From contig CP001848.1 of assembly GCA_000025185.1 (NCBI GenBank), positions 3,630,001-3,662,000 of the forward strand: 32,000 bases of DNA, given 5' to 3'. Positions 1 to 9,296 of the stretch are shown in pieces; the stretch's first letter is position 1, and each line of letters begins with the position of its first letter. The stretch comes from Pirellula staleyi DSM 6068 (lineage in GTDB: Bacteria > Planctomycetota > Planctomycetia > Pirellulales > Pirellulaceae). A model generated the notes under the pieces. It saw nothing but the letters and a program-made list of their open reading frames with translations, was not told the DNA's origin and made no database searches. The translations under genes were made by a program, and so were the position numbers.

Positions 1-195
1 TCGCTGCAGCAAGCTCCCGCCGGTTTTGAGATTGGTATCTCGACCGACGATGTGCCAGCGGCTTATGCCCTGGCGATTGCTGCTGGCGCTACGCCACTGG
101 CAGAGCCCAAAACCAAACCTTGGGGGCAGGTGGTCGCATATGTACGCGACCTCGATGGGGTGCTAGTCGAGCTTTGCACCCCGATGGGCCTGTAG
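1..195 (+). CDS. VOC/glyoxalase-fold protein, C-terminal fragment (5' end outside window)
   Basis: Frame 1 is open from base 1 to TAG at 193-195. The translated tail ...TKPWGQVVAYVRDLDGVLVELCTPMGL looks like the terminal strands of glyoxalase/bleomycin-resistance (VOC) proteins (D-x-D-G-x-x-x-E-L). Confidence 0.5.
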   Translation, partial: SLQQAPAGFEIGISTDDVPAAYALAIAAGATPLAEPKTKPWGQVVAYVRDLDGVLVELCTPMGL

Positions 196-226
196 GAAGA
201 AATAGTTCGTCTTAGGAAGAACTAGA
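193..226. repeat. 13-nt direct repeat, two copies 21 bp apart
   Basis: taggaagaaatag (193-205) and taggaagaactag (214-226) differ by one mismatch. They lie in the convergent gap between the VOC gene stop and the pstB stop. Confidence 0.4.
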
Positions 227-273
227 CTGCTGTTGATTACCTGGCATTACTAAATTCCGGGCTCGTGTCTCCA

Positions 274-1140
274 CTAGCCGAAACTGCCGGTGAGATATTT
301 TTCCGTCAGCGGATTTTTGGGCGTTTGGAATATCTGCGACGTGTGACCACGTTCGATCATTTGCCCGAGGTACATGAAACTGGTGAAGTCGGCACAGCGG
401 GCCGCTTGTTCCATGTTGTGCGTGACGATCAAGATCGTCACTTTGTGTTTGAGCGCGAACATCATGTCTTCGATGCGTGATGTCGCAATCGGATCGAGTG
501 CCGAGGTCGGTTCGTCGAGCAAAAGTAGTTCAGGATCAGTTGCCAGCGCTCGAGCGACGCACAATCGCTGCTGCTGACCACCTGAAAGTTTGAACGCCGA
601 ATGATGCAGTCGGTCTTTCACTTCGTCCCACAAGGCGGCTGAACGGAGAGCAAACTCGACCCGTTCATTAAGCACCGAACGGTTATTGATAAATCGCAGC
701 CGCAAGCCATAGGCCACGTTCTCGTAGATCGACTTCGGAAACGGATTCGGTTTTTGAAAAACCATGCCGGTGCGGAGACGCATCTCCATCGGGTCGACAT
801 CGGGGCTGAGGATGTTGATGGGGGCCTGGTCGATGCCGCTTGGTTGCAGCATGATTTCCCCCTCGTAGTGATTTCCTGGGTAAAGATCGTGCATCCGGTT
901 AAAGCAACGCAGCAGCGTGCTTTTGCCGCATCCTGAAGGTCCGATTAAAGCAGTGATGGTGTGCTGCGGAATGGGCAAGCTCACGCTATGGAGCACCTGC
1001 TTGGTGCCGTAGAAGAAACTGACGTTCTTCACTTCGGCCTTGAGCTTGCTGGCGTCGATCAAACGCGGATCGCCACGCCCGGGAAAGTCGTTCGACTCAG
1101 CCGGCGGAGTGGATACTGGTTTGGTGGGAACGTTGCTCAT
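274..1140 (-). CDS. pstB: Phosphate ABC transporter ATP-binding protein PstB
   Basis: The track ORF is 274..1143, but its first codon is TTG, so I used the adjacent ATG at 1140. Walker [13 protein letters not shown] signature LSGGQQQRL and Walker [13 protein letters not shown] are present. It is the last gene in pstS-C-A-B order. Confidence 0.95.
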   Translation of the reverse strand: MSNVPTKPVSTPPAESNDFPGRGDPRLIDASKLKAEVKNVSFFYGTKQVLHSVSLPIPQHTITALIGPSGCGKSTLLRCFNRMHDLYPGNHYEGEIMLQPSGIDQAPINILSPDVDPMEMRLRTGMVFQKPNPFPKSIYENVAYGLRLRFINNRSVLNERVEFALRSAALWDEVKDRLHHSAFKLSGGQQQRLCVARALATDPELLLLDEPTSALDPIATSRIEDMMFALKHKVTILIVTHNMEQAARCADFTSFMYLGQMIERGHTSQIFQTPKNPLTEKYLTGSFG

Positions 1141-1183
1141 CAATCAAACTCGCAGCAAGAGCGCGAAACCGCAGGAAAAGATC

Positions 1184-2140
1184 TTACCACTTAATCTTGC
1201 GCCGCATCTGATAGCGAACATAGATCGCGATGGCATTCATGCTGAGCGTAAAAAAGATCAGCACCAGTCCTGTAGCAGCGGCTCGTGCATGGAAATCGGC
1301 GGTGGGACGCGACACCCAGTTGAACATCTGAATCGGCATCACGGTGAAGCCCGAAAACAGCCACTTGAAGCTGATGAAAGGTAATTCAGAGGTGATGGGA
1401 GAGGGGGGGATAAACGCGACGTACGAGAGTGCGCCGATGGTGATCAGCGGCGCGGTTTCACCGAGGGCTCGCGACATGGCGATGATCGTACCGGTTGCAA
1501 TACCACCGATCGAATAAGGAATGAGGTGGTAGCGAATCACTTGCCACTTCGTTGCGCCAGCAGCGTAGGCAGCTTCGCGAATCGCAGCCGGAATAGCACG
1601 GATCGCTTCACGTGTCGAAACAATCACGATGGGCAAGACGAGTGTCGCCAGCGTGAGCCCACCGACAAGAATGCAGCGCCCCAGATTGAACTGATAAACC
1701 AAAATTCCGAGTGCCATTAAGCCATAAATAATCGAAGGAACGCCCGCGAGATTCGAGATGTTGATTTCAATCAGGGTGGTGATGAAATTCTTCGGGGCAT
1801 ATTCTTCGAGATAAACGGCAGCTGCAATTCCGAGCGGAACAGCCGTGACGAGTGTCACCACAATAATGGCGAACGATCCCACGCTGGCCGAAAGAATGCC
1901 AGCACGCTCTGCTTTTCGCGAGGGAAAGTTGCGCAGAAAATCGAGGTTCAGGCTCGAGTAGCCGTCGTGAATCAAATCGCCCAGCAAGAAGATCAGCGTC
2001 AGAATCCCAACCAGCGTGCAAGCGATGCCGATCGCAACAAACCAATTGTCTTGCTGTTTGCGAAAGTTGATGATTCGCGATGCATCGAAGGTCAGCGGAG
2101 GCTGAACGTTCGTTTTTTTTTCGGAGTGGAGCGTATCCAT
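1184..2140 (-). CDS. pstA: Phosphate ABC transporter permease PstA
   Basis: 318-aa polytopic membrane ORF with an ATG start. It has a permease EAA-loop (REAAYAAGATKWQVI) and lies between the pstC-like gene and pstB. Confidence 0.9.
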   Translation of the reverse strand: MDTLHSEKKTNVQPPLTFDASRIINFRKQQDNWFVAIGIACTLVGILTLIFLLGDLIHDGYSSLNLDFLRNFPSRKAERAGILSASVGSFAIIVVTLVTAVPLGIAAAVYLEEYAPKNFITTLIEINISNLAGVPSIIYGLMALGILVYQFNLGRCILVGGLTLATLVLPIVIVSTREAIRAIPAAIREAAYAAGATKWQVIRYHLIPYSIGGIATGTIIAMSRALGETAPLITIGALSYVAFIPPSPITSELPFISFKWLFSGFTVMPIQMFNWVSRPTADFHARAAATGLVLIFFTLSMNAIAIYVRYQMRRKIKW

Positions 2141-2253
2141 AGCAAAGCGATGGGAGAGCGAGTTGAGGGGGCAGTGTGCTACTGCTGCAAAAGTGACGCT
2201 GCGAAATTGAGTAGGTGAGTCGAGTGAACCAAACAGTTTAGGTCGAGTGATAT

Positions 2254-3219
2254 TTAGTAAGCTTGGTGGTAACGACGACGCAGAACATAGCCTGCGATAT
2301 TGAACATCAGAGTCATGCTGAAGAGGACTAGGCCCGCCGCGAAAATCGATTGATAGCCAGCACTTCCGTGGGGAAGATCGCCGAGGCTCACTTGCACGAT
2401 GAACGCGGTAATGGTGGCCGCTTGTTCGGTGGGGTTGAGCGTAAGTTTCGGCTGCATGCCAGCAGCGACGGCAACGATCATCGTCTCGCCGATCGCCCGT
2501 GAGATGCCGAGGATGTACGCGGCGCCAATTCCCGAAAGAGCCGAGGGAATCACTACATTGATCGCCGTGGTGATGCGATTGCCACCCAGGGCATAGGAGC
2601 CTTCTCGCAGCAGCATCGGCACACTGCGCATGGCATCTTCACTGAGCGAACTCACGTAGGGGATGATCATGATTCCCATCACGATTCCCGCGCTCAGCAT
2701 GCTGAAGGTCGAGAGTTCAATCCCGACGAAGCTACACAAGTACTGCAGCACTGGAGCAACAAAGTTGAGCGCAAAATAGCCGTAGACCACAGTCGGCACG
2801 GCGCTCAGCAGTTCTAGTGTCGGCTTGATCGTTTCCCGCACCACGAACGGCGCGAACTCGCTGAGATAGACCGCCGCAATCGTGCCGATCGGCAGTGCCA
2901 CTGCGAGTGCCACCGCTGTCGTCACCAAGGTTCCCGACACAAGGGGCAGAATGCCGTACTTGGGGTTGGCGAATTGCGGAGTCCAGGTTGTGCCGGTGAG
3001 AAATTCAATGACCGATACGTCGCGAAAGAAGGCGATCGACTCGTAGATCAAAACGCCGACAATCCCCGCCGTGATCAAAACCGACGAACTGGCCGCCAGG
3101 AAAAGCACGATCGAGATCACCATCTCTTTCGCTTCGCGGATACGTCGTTTGGTTTTGTCCAGCTTCTGACGGGTCCGTAGGCGTTTGACCTGCGGTCGTG
3201 CGGATGCAGTTTCGGCCAA
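2254..3219 (-). CDS. pstC: Phosphate ABC transporter permease PstC
   Basis: 321-aa polytopic membrane ORF. The TTG start at 3219 is preceded by GAGGGGGA. It has an EAA-loop (LREGSYALGGNRITT) and lies immediately downstream of pstS. Confidence 0.9.
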   Translation of the reverse strand: MAETASARPQVKRLRTRQKLDKTKRRIREAKEMVISIVLFLAASSSVLITAGIVGVLIYESIAFFRDVSVIEFLTGTTWTPQFANPKYGILPLVSGTLVTTAVALAVALPIGTIAAVYLSEFAPFVVRETIKPTLELLSAVPTVVYGYFALNFVAPVLQYLCSFVGIELSTFSMLSAGIVMGIMIIPYVSSLSEDAMRSVPMLLREGSYALGGNRITTAINVVIPSALSGIGAAYILGISRAIGETMIVAVAAGMQPKLTLNPTEQAATITAFIVQVSLGDLPHGSAGYQSIFAAGLVLFSMTLMFNIAGYVLRRRYHQAY

Positions 3220-3360
3220 TTTCCATCCCCCTCATAAGCAACGGAAGCGAGAGTCACCAAAACTGCTGTTCTGGCGACACTCGCTTAGTTGTTGGTCAGA
3301 CTCGAGCGCCAGCAGAAACGATGAAACGTTCCTGGTGATGACGTCGTGCTGAGGTGTTCT

Positions 3361-4419
3361 TTACTTAGGCTCGCGAGCGAGCAGTTCTTCGATTTTCAAT
3401 CCCACTTCGGGCACACCACCGAAACCCGAACCGGTTTTCAGAGCAGCAAAGCGATCCTTTGCCATCGTGTATGCGGCGTCAGGAAGTGGCATGTATTTCA
3501 CTTCTTGCGAGAGCTCAGCCACGTTGTCGAGGTAGAACTCGACGAACTTCTTCACTTCAGGACGCTCGGCTGCTTTTTTGCTCACGTAGATAAACAGTGG
3601 GCGAGAAAGTGGATTGTAAGTGCCACCTACCACTGTCTCGAGGCTTGGTTCAATCGCGCCGAGTTCATCGTCCGACTTCCAGTCGATCTTCAGAGCCTTC
3701 ATTTTGTCTTTGTTGGGTTCGTAGTAGGCGAAGGGGATGAAGCCCATCGAGTACTTTTCGCCGACGATCCCTTGGACGAGCGTGTTGTCATCTTCGCTCG
3801 GAATAAAGTCGCTGCGGCACGACTTGGCTTTGCCGTTCACTGCTTCGGTGAAGTAGTCGAACGTTCCCGAGTCGGTGCCAGCTCCGTAAAGAACCAGTTT
3901 CTCATCGGGCCATTCAGGACGGATTTGATTCCATTTGGTGATCTTACCTTCAGCCGAAGGTTCCCAAATCTTCTTGAGCTCGTCGATCGTGATGTTTTCG
4001 ACCCAGTCGTTGGCTGGATTGACGGCGACCGTGAGAGCGTCGAAGCAGACCGGAATTTCGATGAATTCGATGCCGTTTTCTTTGCAGGCAGCGATTTCTT
4101 CGGCCAGGATGGGGCGCGATGCGTCAGCGACGTCGATTTCGCCACGGATGAACTTCTTGAAGCCGCCACCCGTTCCCGAGATCCCCACGGTCACTTGCAC
4201 GTCCGAGCTCACTTGGCTGTTGAACTCTTCAGCGACAGCTTCGGTCACAGGGAAAACGGTGCTCGAACCATCGATAGCGACGGCTCCGGTCAGTTTGGTT
4301 GCTTCGCCGCTCCCGGTTTCCCCGTTTGGGGATGGCTTGGGCGTTTCGCCACCACCGCATCCGACGACAGCCGCGACGATGACCCCGGCAAAGAGTCCTT
4401 TCCAAGAAATCCAACTCAT
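3361..4419 (-). CDS. pstS: Phosphate-binding lipoprotein PstS
   Basis: The track ORF is 3361..4458 with a GTG start. I prefer the in-frame ATG at 4419 because it gives a clean lipoprotein signal, [21 protein letters not shown] with lipobox VVGC. The periplasmic-binding-protein features [10 protein letters not shown] and GISGTGGGF are typical of PstS. It is the first gene of the pst operon. Confidence 0.9.
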   Translation of the reverse strand: MSWISWKGLFAGVIVAAVVGCGGGETPKPSPNGETGSGEATKLTGAVAIDGSSTVFPVTEAVAEEFNSQVSSDVQVTVGISGTGGGFKKFIRGEIDVADASRPILAEEIAACKENGIEFIEIPVCFDALTVAVNPANDWVENITIDELKKIWEPSAEGKITKWNQIRPEWPDEKLVLYGAGTDSGTFDYFTEAVNGKAKSCRSDFIPSEDDNTLVQGIVGEKYSMGFIPFAYYEPNKDKMKALKIDWKSDDELGAIEPSLETVVGGTYNPLSRPLFIYVSKKAAERPEVKKFVEFYLDNVAELSQEVKYMPLPDAAYTMAKDRFAALKTGSGFGGVPEVGLKIEELLAREPK

Positions 4420-4474
4420 CTGAACCACCCCGTTGCTAGATATCCAAAGTTTGTCCACTCAATGAGCAGCACGC

Positions 4475-4513
4475 TACCAGTCGATTGTTAAGAGTGTGTG
4501 AAGAAATGAGGAA
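4475..4513 (-). promoter_or_regulatory. Candidate Pho-box: 11-bp-phased hexamer direct repeats upstream of pstS
   Basis: Minus strand reads TTCCTC-atttc-TTCACA-cactc-TTAACA-atcga-CTGGTA. The hexamers sit at 4513-4508, 4502-4497, 4491-4486 and 4480-4475, exactly 11 bp apart. TT(A/C)ACA repeats with about 5-nt spacers match the PhoP/PhoB-type box. The site is 56-94 nt upstream of the ATG at 4419. I found no convincing -10 element. Confidence 0.3.
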
Positions 4514-4856
4514 TGTCGGACCGCCGGAGGTAGCGAGTTCAGTGGCGTCGATGATTCCCTTGCGACAACTTGGCTCAATGCCCGGTACGCATCAGTAAGT
4601 GCATTTCAAATAATATCTAAGGACTACGTACTTCCCTTGGACCAGTGTAGCTAATAGAGGTTAATTTCACGCTGCACTTGGCCCAAGGTAGGTTGCGGTG
4701 CGGCGAGAAAACCGTCTAAAATTCTCACCTGATGGGGCGGTTTTTGGAGCGGCCATTCGCCTCTCGAAGAATGTGCCAGCAGCGGGCCGTTTTGGAAAGG
4801 TGGGGGACGCTAGCAGCGGAGTCGGGCGGCTAGTTATGCAGGCCGCCAGCGTGAGG

Positions 4857-5270
4857 TTAAGCCTCTGTGCTGGACTTTGGAGTAGCGTCCCCTTGAAGCC
4901 ACTTGGGAAGGCGGGTGACACGCCCTTGGCGATCGACGCAGGCGACGGTCGAACTCCCTTCGGCCAGGAGTTTCTCACCACAAAAGACTTCGTACTTGTG
5001 CTCGATCCGGGCACCTTTGGCCCGCATTGCTGTCGTTCGAAGACGGATGATATCGTCGAAAACCGCTGGCCAGTAATACTTTACGTTCATCTCAGCGACT
5101 ACCAGGAGGAGCCCAGCATCTTCCAGTTCGCGGTAGCTGTAGCCGATCGAACGGAGCAGCTCGACTCGGCCTGTTTCGAACCAGCTGGGGTAGTTGGCGT
5201 GGTGCACCCGTCCTTGGCCATCAGTTTCCTGATAGCGGACGCGAAATTCGATCTCATGAAAGAGTGTCAT
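4857..5270 (-). CDS. Acyl-CoA thioesterase, YbgC/4HBT hotdog family
   Basis: 137 aa with an ATG start. The N-terminal signature FRVRYQETDGQGRVHHANY (catalytic Asp context) and the length are typical of 4-hydroxybenzoyl-CoA thioesterase/YbgC-like proteins. Confidence 0.85.
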   Translation of the reverse strand: MTLFHEIEFRVRYQETDGQGRVHHANYPSWFETGRVELLRSIGYSYRELEDAGLLLVVAEMNVKYYWPAVFDDIIRLRTTAMRAKGARIEHKYEVFCGEKLLAEGSSTVACVDRQGRVTRLPKWLQGDATPKSSTEA

Positions 5271-5339
5271 GCCGCGAATTGTACGAAGCTGATCGAGAAG
5301 TTCCAGATTGGATAGCTCCGTCGACCACGCAACCAGCGA

Positions 5340-8051
5340 CTAAGCTGTCGCGGCTTCGTAGTCTTCGCCGTCGCCGGACGATTCTTCGTCCTCTTGCTCG
5401 GCATCCTCTTCGGAGTCGAGTTCAGCCGACGCTTCTTCTGCTTCTTCTTCGGGCCAAGGTTCGGGGGTGATGCGATTGCTTCGTTTAGCCGGAGCGCTCT
5501 TGGCTGGTTTGGGGGGAGGAGCAGCTTCTGCTTCGCCAGCCTGCATCTGTTCCCACTGGTCCATCGTGAGCATCACTTCGCGAGCTTGTGAGCCGGCGTA
5601 CTGACCGACAATTCCATCCTCGGCCATGAAGTCGATCAGTCGCGCGGCTCGGCCATAGCCGATCCCTAGGGCACGTTGCAGGAGCGAAACACTTCCGCGC
5701 CCTTCGCGAATCACCACTTCGATCGCTGAGGTGTAAAGTTCGTCGCGCTCCTTCAGCGGTCCTGCTTTCCCATCGCCAGCAGGTGTTGCCACCTTCATGT
5801 TCACCAGTTCGCCGACGAAGTTCTGCTCGCCGGTGCTCACGAAATCGACCACTTGGTTGATCTCTTCGTCGCTCAGGTAGGTACCTTGGCCGCGGAGCAG
5901 CGTACTGGTGCCTGGCCAGAGGAAGAGCATGTCGCCGTTACCGAGCAGTTTGTCGGCACCCATTTCGTCGAGCACCACGCGGCTGTCGGTGCGGCTCGCC
6001 ACTTGGAACGCAATACGGGCGGGCAAGTTCGATTTGATCAGACCGGTGATCACATCGACCGTTGGTTTTTGCGTCGCGAGAATCAAGTGAATACCGACCG
6101 CTCGCGACTTTTGTGCGAGACGAATGATATGCTGCTCGACCTCTTTACCGGAGGTCATCATCAGGTCGGCCATTTCGTCGGCAACGATCACGATGAACGG
6201 CAATTGACGTGGAATGCTGTTGCGTTCGTCGTCGTTTTCAGGCTCCAGCCGATCCATCAACTCTTCTTCACCGAGTTGGTTATAGCTGCTGATGTGCCGC
6301 ACCCCTGCGCGGGCCAGCAGGGCATATCGCTCTTCCATTTTCTCGACCGCCCAGGCCAGAATCGCCTCGGCTTTGCGCATGTCGGTCACCACCGGATGCA
6401 TCAAGTGCGGCAGCCGAGCGTAGCCCGAAAGTTCGACCATTTTGGGATCGATCATCAGCATCCGGACTTCGTCGGGACGGCGCGTCATCAAGATCGACGA
6501 GATAATGGCGTTAAGGCAAACGCTCTTACCGGTACCGGTTCGACCAGCAATCAAAAGGTGCGGCAGAGCCGACAAATCGGCCACCAGCGGATTGCCCGAA
6601 ACGTCTTTGCCGAGGAAGAGCGGAATCCGCATCTTCTTGATTTTGGCAGCCGATTCTTCGATCACTTCACGCAGACGCACCGTTTGTCGCTGTTCGTTCG
6701 GAACTTCAATACCGACGGTGTTCTTACCGGGAATCGGTGCGACAATACGAACGCTCGGCACACGCAGTGCGATTGCCAAATCGTCGGCAAGGCTCGTGAT
6801 TTTCGAGAGCCGCAAACCGGCTTCCAGTTCGACTTCATACTGCGCGATCACGGGTCCCGTTTCGATCTCGACCACCTTCACGGTGAAACCGAAATCGGCG
6901 AATGTCTTCTCAAGAATCTTGGCCTTGCGACGTACTTCAGTCGCTTGCGAATCGAAGTCGATATCTTCGCTTGGCAAGAGAAGCTCGATCGAAGGGAGCT
7001 GATAGTCCTCGGGATCGCCCGGGATGTTCGTTTCGTTCAGCTTGGCAAGCAACTGATCGCGCTGCGTCGCGGCGGCGTCGCGTTTGCGATCGTTGGGGTT
7101 CTTCACGCGCAGCGACGACTCGTCCTCGGCCGACTTCTTGACAGCCGGCGCGCTGGCTGCGGCAGCTTTCGCTGCTGGTTGCATGGCGATAGTTGCTGGT
7201 GATTCTTCTTCGCTCTCTTCAAATTCATCTTCTTCGACCACCGGCGCGGGGGCTGGTTTCAGCACTTGCTTACCACGCACCTTGATGCCGAGTTCGCCAG
7301 TCGGAACCTCCGCTGGCAGGGCTGGATCTTCGAGGTCGGTCTTTGTGGGAGCGATCGAGCGGGGCCATTGCTCGCGCAGTTTCCCCAAGGCAAAAAACGC
7401 GTAGTTCAAGGCGAACAGGCACGCTTTGATCAAGGCGTAGTCGGTCGAAAGAAGGAGCCCACTGATGATGGTGGTGGTGGCGAGAATCATCCCGCCGATC
7501 GTGGCGAAATGCTTCTCGGTGGCCAAGCGACCAAGGGCACCGAGGTATCCACCGGGGCCGATCGCGGGGCCAGCGCCGGGCGCATCGATGGCGAGCGTCA
7601 GCAGTGTGCAGAGCCCTGCGAGTGAGAGGAGCCATCCGCAGGTCCGTAGCCAAACGAGGTCGATCGCGCGGCGACCGAGCAGCAGCATATCGAGCACGGC
7701 AAGCGAGAAGAGTGCGTAGTAGGTGCCGAGTCCCAGCCAGCTGAAAAGCATGTCAGCGGCCAAGGCTCCCCAGTTGCCGCACGCATTGTGAACTTCATCA
7801 CGCTGAGGAAAGACGAGCGGGTCGTGGTGATGAATCAGGCTCAGCGGGAAGCTGAGTTTCTCGATCGGATCTTGAGGATCGTAGGTGGCAATGGCAACCA
7901 CAAGAAACAAAACGACCGCCAAGAGCGCGAGCGCCAGGAGATCGAGTTTCAGGTTGCGCGGTTCAGCCATGATCAGCAGTCGCTCCAAGCGGGTGGAGGC
8001 ATATGGCACACGAATTTCGAGCCACAAGCCATGCTGGTGGGTCGATCGCAT
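5340..8051 (-). CDS. ftsK: DNA translocase FtsK/SpoIIIE
   Basis: 903 aa. It has N-terminal TM helices, an acidic/Pro-rich linker, a motor domain with Walker A GRTGTGKS and Walker B IVADEMADLMM, and a gamma winged-helix (SVSLLQRALGIGYGRAARLIDFMAEDGIVG). An alternative ATG at 7970 (MAEPRNLKLDLL...) is equally plausible. Confidence 0.95.
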   Translation of the reverse strand: MRSTHQHGLWLEIRVPYASTRLERLLIMAEPRNLKLDLLALALLAVVLFLVVAIATYDPQDPIEKLSFPLSLIHHHDPLVFPQRDEVHNACGNWGALAADMLFSWLGLGTYYALFSLAVLDMLLLGRRAIDLVWLRTCGWLLSLAGLCTLLTLAIDAPGAGPAIGPGGYLGALGRLATEKHFATIGGMILATTTIISGLLLSTDYALIKACLFALNYAFFALGKLREQWPRSIAPTKTDLEDPALPAEVPTGELGIKVRGKQVLKPAPAPVVEEDEFEESEEESPATIAMQPAAKAAAASAPAVKKSAEDESSLRVKNPNDRKRDAAATQRDQLLAKLNETNIPGDPEDYQLPSIELLLPSEDIDFDSQATEVRRKAKILEKTFADFGFTVKVVEIETGPVIAQYEVELEAGLRLSKITSLADDLAIALRVPSVRIVAPIPGKNTVGIEVPNEQRQTVRLREVIEESAAKIKKMRIPLFLGKDVSGNPLVADLSALPHLLIAGRTGTGKSVCLNAIISSILMTRRPDEVRMLMIDPKMVELSGYARLPHLMHPVVTDMRKAEAILAWAVEKMEERYALLARAGVRHISSYNQLGEEELMDRLEPENDDERNSIPRQLPFIVIVADEMADLMMTSGKEVEQHIIRLAQKSRAVGIHLILATQKPTVDVITGLIKSNLPARIAFQVASRTDSRVVLDEMGADKLLGNGDMLFLWPGTSTLLRGQGTYLSDEEINQVVDFVSTGEQNFVGELVNMKVATPAGDGKAGPLKERDELYTSAIEVVIREGRGSVSLLQRALGIGYGRAARLIDFMAEDGIVGQYAGSQAREVMLTMDQWEQMQAGEAEAAPPPKPAKSAPAKRSNRITPEPWPEEEAEEASAELDSEEDAEQEDEESSGDGEDYEAATA

Positions 8052-8378
8052 CCATGCTGATCAAACAATGTTCCTTCCTCTCGTATTCGGCTGCTGTGTG
8101 CTGATGACTTTTGTCGGAAGTTTCCCAGCCGCAGGAGTTGCCCGGTACGAATGACAGCTACAACTGGCAGTGTCGAAAACAGATTCGATAATCAGGGCAA
8201 ACTCTATTCGCAGCTGTCGGAAGTGTACCTCTTGCCGTTCGCAGTTCGGGAAGAAGTCTTGAAAAAATGTTCCAAACTTCATCAGGATTAGGGCCGGCAG
8301 TAGCAGTTGTGGCGGCTGCAGAAGATGTGACGAAGCAAGTCGCTTTTGCTAAGGAAATCTCGCAGCCAAAGCATTCGG

Positions 8379-9284
8379 TTAGTCGCCCCCCAGGGGCATC
8401 ACTTTGTGAGGCTTGAGGAGGGCTGATCCGTCGTCGCGATGGGTCAGTTCGCAGATCGCCACCAGCCGATCGCGGCTGTCGATCGCCGCCACCTCGACGG
8501 TTTGAGTGGTGTCGAGACAAAGATCGACTGGCGGAGCAGCGATCCGTTTTCCTTGCTGTAGCGATCGCACCGATTCTTCCGTCAGCAGCACTTGTGGCAG
8601 CTGCTCGGTGGCGGCAAGGAGTGGGAGAAGATGCTCGGTGATTGTCTCGCGCGAGATTGAGTCCATGGTGATGGCGCGCTCGAGTGAAAAGCTGCCGATT
8701 GACGTGCGGATCAGATCGGTCATGACGGCATGCGTTTCGAGCGCACTGGCGATATCGCGCCCGAGAGAGCGGACGTAAGTTCCACTTTCACAATCGATCA
8801 CGAGTTCGAAATCGGGATAGTCAAACCGCGTGAGTTCGAGTCGACGAATCACAATCTCGCGAGGTGCGAGCTCGACGGTTTCGCCCCGGCGAGCGAGGTC
8901 ATAAGCACGCTCCCCTTCGACTTTTAGCGCCGAGTAGGCGGGCGGTTTTTGACTGATTTTCCCAAGAAATCTCGGTAGGACACGGCGCAGATCATCGCGC
9001 GAAACTACTGGGCTTTCGTCGTGGGTGATGCAGCAGCCTGTGATGTCTTCGGTGTCGCTGGAGATCCCGAGCCGAAATTGCCCGACGTAGGTTTTGGGCA
9101 TCTGCTGTACGTATTCGACGAGCCGTGTCCCTGCGCCGATGCCGATCACGAGGACCCCGGTTGCCAAAGGATCGAGCGTACCGGCATGTCCAACCTTGGC
9201 GGGCTTCACGCAGCGCTGCACGCGATTCACCACATCGCGCGAAGTTGGCCCCGCAGGTTTGTTGACGATCAGAATTCCGTCCAT
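8379..9284 (-). CDS. truB: tRNA pseudouridine(55) synthase TruB
   Basis: 301 aa with an ATG start. It begins MDGILIVNKPAGPTS and carries the catalytic-Asp motif GHAGTLDPLATGVLVIGIG. Confidence 0.95.
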   Translation of the reverse strand: MDGILIVNKPAGPTSRDVVNRVQRCVKPAKVGHAGTLDPLATGVLVIGIGAGTRLVEYVQQMPKTYVGQFRLGISSDTEDITGCCITHDESPVVSRDDLRRVLPRFLGKISQKPPAYSALKVEGERAYDLARRGETVELAPREIVIRRLELTRFDYPDFELVIDCESGTYVRSLGRDIASALETHAVMTDLIRTSIGSFSLERAITMDSISRETITEHLLPLLAATEQLPQVLLTEESVRSLQQGKRIAAPPVDLCLDTTQTVEVAAIDSRDRLVAICELTHRDDGSALLKPHKVMPLGGD

Positions 9285-9296
9285 CAGCGACGCCGT

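Noticed and set aside
3346-4491. 381-aa plus-strand ORF
   Set aside because: It is entirely antisense to pstS, which has clear periplasmic-binding-protein and lipoprotein features. The product is Arg/Phe/Val-skewed with no motif. This is a typical shadow ORF of GC-rich coding DNA.
5853-7202. 449-aa plus-strand ORF, plus several shorter ones between 5394 and 8154
   Set aside because: They are antisense to the ftsK motor domain, whose Walker A/B and gamma motifs fix the real frame on the minus strand. The products are His/Arg-rich nonsense.
8061-8282. 73-aa minus-strand ORF in the truB-ftsK gap
   Set aside because: It has no SD, an odd composition (FFQDFFPNCERQ...) and lies in lower-GC intergenic sequence. 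There is no support beyond being open.
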